A DNA stretch of 64,000 nt. Origin: Mobula hypostoma. Its lineage: Eukaryota. Position numbers and translations under genes: made by a program. A model generated the notes under the pieces. That model saw only the letters and a program-made list of their open reading frames with translations. It was not told where the DNA came from and did no database searches. Positions 61,955-64,000 of the stretch are shown piece by piece (within the stretch, counting starts at the first letter, position 1; every line of letters begins with the position of its first letter). The stretch covers positions 24,740,001 through 24,804,000 of the forward strand of contig NC_086097.1 in the NCBI RefSeq assembly GCF_963921235.1, written 5' to 3'.

Positions 61955-64000
61955 TGTTATTATGTGTGTACATAATAAAGAAGTTCAGCTCCCAGTGTAC
62001 AAAGCGGCGGTTCAGCCGGAACCAGAGGTGGACACACATACACACACTTTTGAGTGGCTGTAGGTCTCCAGCAAAACTTGGTTGAGCTGAAACCATTCTG
62101 TAAATCTGTAAATAAAATAGTTCTAGCATTTTTACCCATGCAAGTTAGTCTTTGTTAAAGAACAAACATGGTGTTAGAAACCTCCATGAGGTCTGAATAT
62201 AGAATGTAACTGAATACTGCGAGCAACTAATAAAAATGCTCATTTCCAACAGAGAGAAGCTGCCAGTAAGTTCACCAAAAAATGGTAGAAATTGAGGTAA
62301 GAGCCTAAAAATCCCCACAATTAATCATCTTAGTCCTCTCACACCTATGCAGTTCACTAGGAATTTACTGATAACTGGAAATGCTTCAAACGGCTATTCA
62401 ATATATATTTAGCATCGACCAGAGCAGGCAGGGCAGAGGAAAAATTGAAAGGTCCATCTTTCTACACATAATTGGTGAAAATGCTTTGGACATCTACAAT
62501 AGTTTTCAAATTAATGAGATAGACTTCATATTAGACAAAATTTGAGGAGTATTTTGTTCCAAGTAAAAATGTCATGTTTGAGAGATATAAGATCTTTTCC
62601 TGTGCACAGAAATGAGGTGCTAGCCTTGACCAATATGTAGCTAAGTTTCACACACTGGGATTTGAAAGCCTCACTTGTCAGAGACAAAATAATTCGTGGA
62701 ATCCCAGGTAATGGGCTCAGGGAAAATTTGCTCTGTGAAAAAGATTTCATGCTAGAAAAGGTTGTGAATATGGGTAGGGCAGTGGAGACCACACGAGCAC
62801 AAGCAAAGAAGCTGCACAGCACAGAAACAATAGTGCATGCTGTGAAAATAGAGGAGCGGTGCACAAGGCATTTCCCAAAGCAAAAGCACAGCAAAGAGGT
62901 GGGCTCAAAGAGCAAATGTGGAGGTAGGCACATCCCAAAGAAGTGTACTGCTTATGCAAAAAGTGTGGGGAGAAGAATCATTTTGCAAAGTGCTACAAAG
63001 CTAGTGCCTCCAAGAGGAAGGTGCAAACTGATAATGAGGAAATTGAGGGGAAATTTTGTAGATTCTCTACAGACTGCCAGTGCTGGTAAAACAGAATGGA
63101 TCTTTCCAGTGACTGTGAATGAGACAGTAATTCCATTCAAGCTTGACACCAGAGCCCAGGTGAATCAGTTATCCGTGGATGATTACAGGACTCTCAAAGT
63201 AAAGAGCAAGATATACCCTGTGAAGTTAAAAGTGACAGGCTATAGTGGAGAGGATGTTCCAGTAAAAGGGGTCTGTATAGTGACCTTCAAGCACAAGGGG
63301 CAGCACCTAAAGGCACAGCTAATGACTGTTGAAAAGAGAGTACAGCCAATATTAGGTCTGAGTGCATGTGAAAAGCTTAACCTGTTGAGAAGAACTTTCA
63401 TAGTGGCTTCACAGACCAAAGATGACCACTCTTCACTTGTGGAAGAGTACACTAATGTCTATGAGGGGCTCAGGTGGTTACCTGGTATACCCAAAATCCA
63501 CGTGGATGAGATAGTAACTTCTGTTGTCTTTGCATGCAAGAATGTTCCATTTGCACTTAGAAACAAACTTAAACAAGAACTAGCATGCATGGAATGGATA
63601 AAATATCATACAGAAAATTGAAGAACCAACAGACTTGGTGAGCTCACTGGCCATTGTGCAAAAGAAAAATGGAGCATTGCGGATATGTCTAGACCCAAGA
63701 GATCTCAATAAAGCCTTCAAGAAAGAACGTTTTAAATTGCCAACCAAGGAGGAGGTTATGTCCCAGTCTGCAGGTGCCAAGTGGTTTAGCAAACTCAACG
63801 CGTCATCTGGGTTTTGACAGACGAAGTTTGAATAGGCAAGTTCAAGACTGTGTACTTTTAACACATCAGAGGGTAGATATCACTGTCTTCAGTTACCTTA
63901 TGTGATCCTGTCCACGCTGGATGTCTACCATAAAACCATCTACATGATCTTTGAAGGCATACCTGGTGTCAAGACCTTAATAGATAATGTCATCACCTGG
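61955..64000 (+). mobile_element. Decayed Ty3/Gypsy (Mag-like) LTR retrotransposon: putative 5' LTR 61955-62168, PBS, gag-protease-RT, runs off the right edge
   Basis: TG..CA segment followed by PBS-like TGGTGTTAGAAA (62169); gag VRDKIIRGI and a degenerate zinc knuckle; protease FKLDTRAQVN; RT VSSLAIVQKKNGALRICLDPRDLNKA..WFSKLNASSGF; multiple stops and frameshifts. Confidence 0.9.

Noticed and set aside
62662..63621. Domesticated gag-protease gene
   Set aside because: Protease motif mutated (DTRA), zinc knuckle frameshifted, and surrounded by stops; a decayed Gypsy copy.

Overview
This is vertebrate genomic DNA. The repeat content (CR1/HER1-type LINEs, HE1/V-SINE-like SINEs, Penelope and Rex1/Babar elements) suggests a cartilaginous fish, probably a ray; that assignment is inference. 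The only host gene found is the 3' end of neurexin-3 (NRXN3, + strand). Its terminal coding exon runs 35555-36477 and has three in-frame acceptors. A splice-site-5 (SS5/AS5) exon at 34454, which the ORF track misses, encodes the GPI-signal-like tail (A)KSANAARSLGPTLTWTWQLLYTFTPIIFISPIVHS*. The probable 3' UTR contains a 785-nt (GT)n tract. Bases 1-34 kb look like intron and 40-64 kb like downstream DNA. Both are largely nested, decayed transposons: CR1, Rex1/Babar, Penelope (RT + GIY-YIG), RTE-derived and tRNA-derived SINEs, Tc1 and hAT non-autonomous elements, a Tx1/L1 tail, a Gypsy LTR element and a 25-bp minisatellite. Highlights: (i) an apparently intact NRXN3 SS5 soluble/GPI cassette; (ii) about a dozen Penelope-linked minimal hammerhead ribozyme motifs, including short ribozyme-headed insertions and a hairpin insertion with a 15-bp TSD; (iii) a composite Tc1-like element whose TIRs are palindromes and were hit twice by CR1. 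All identifications come from reading and recalled family knowledge; no searches were run.
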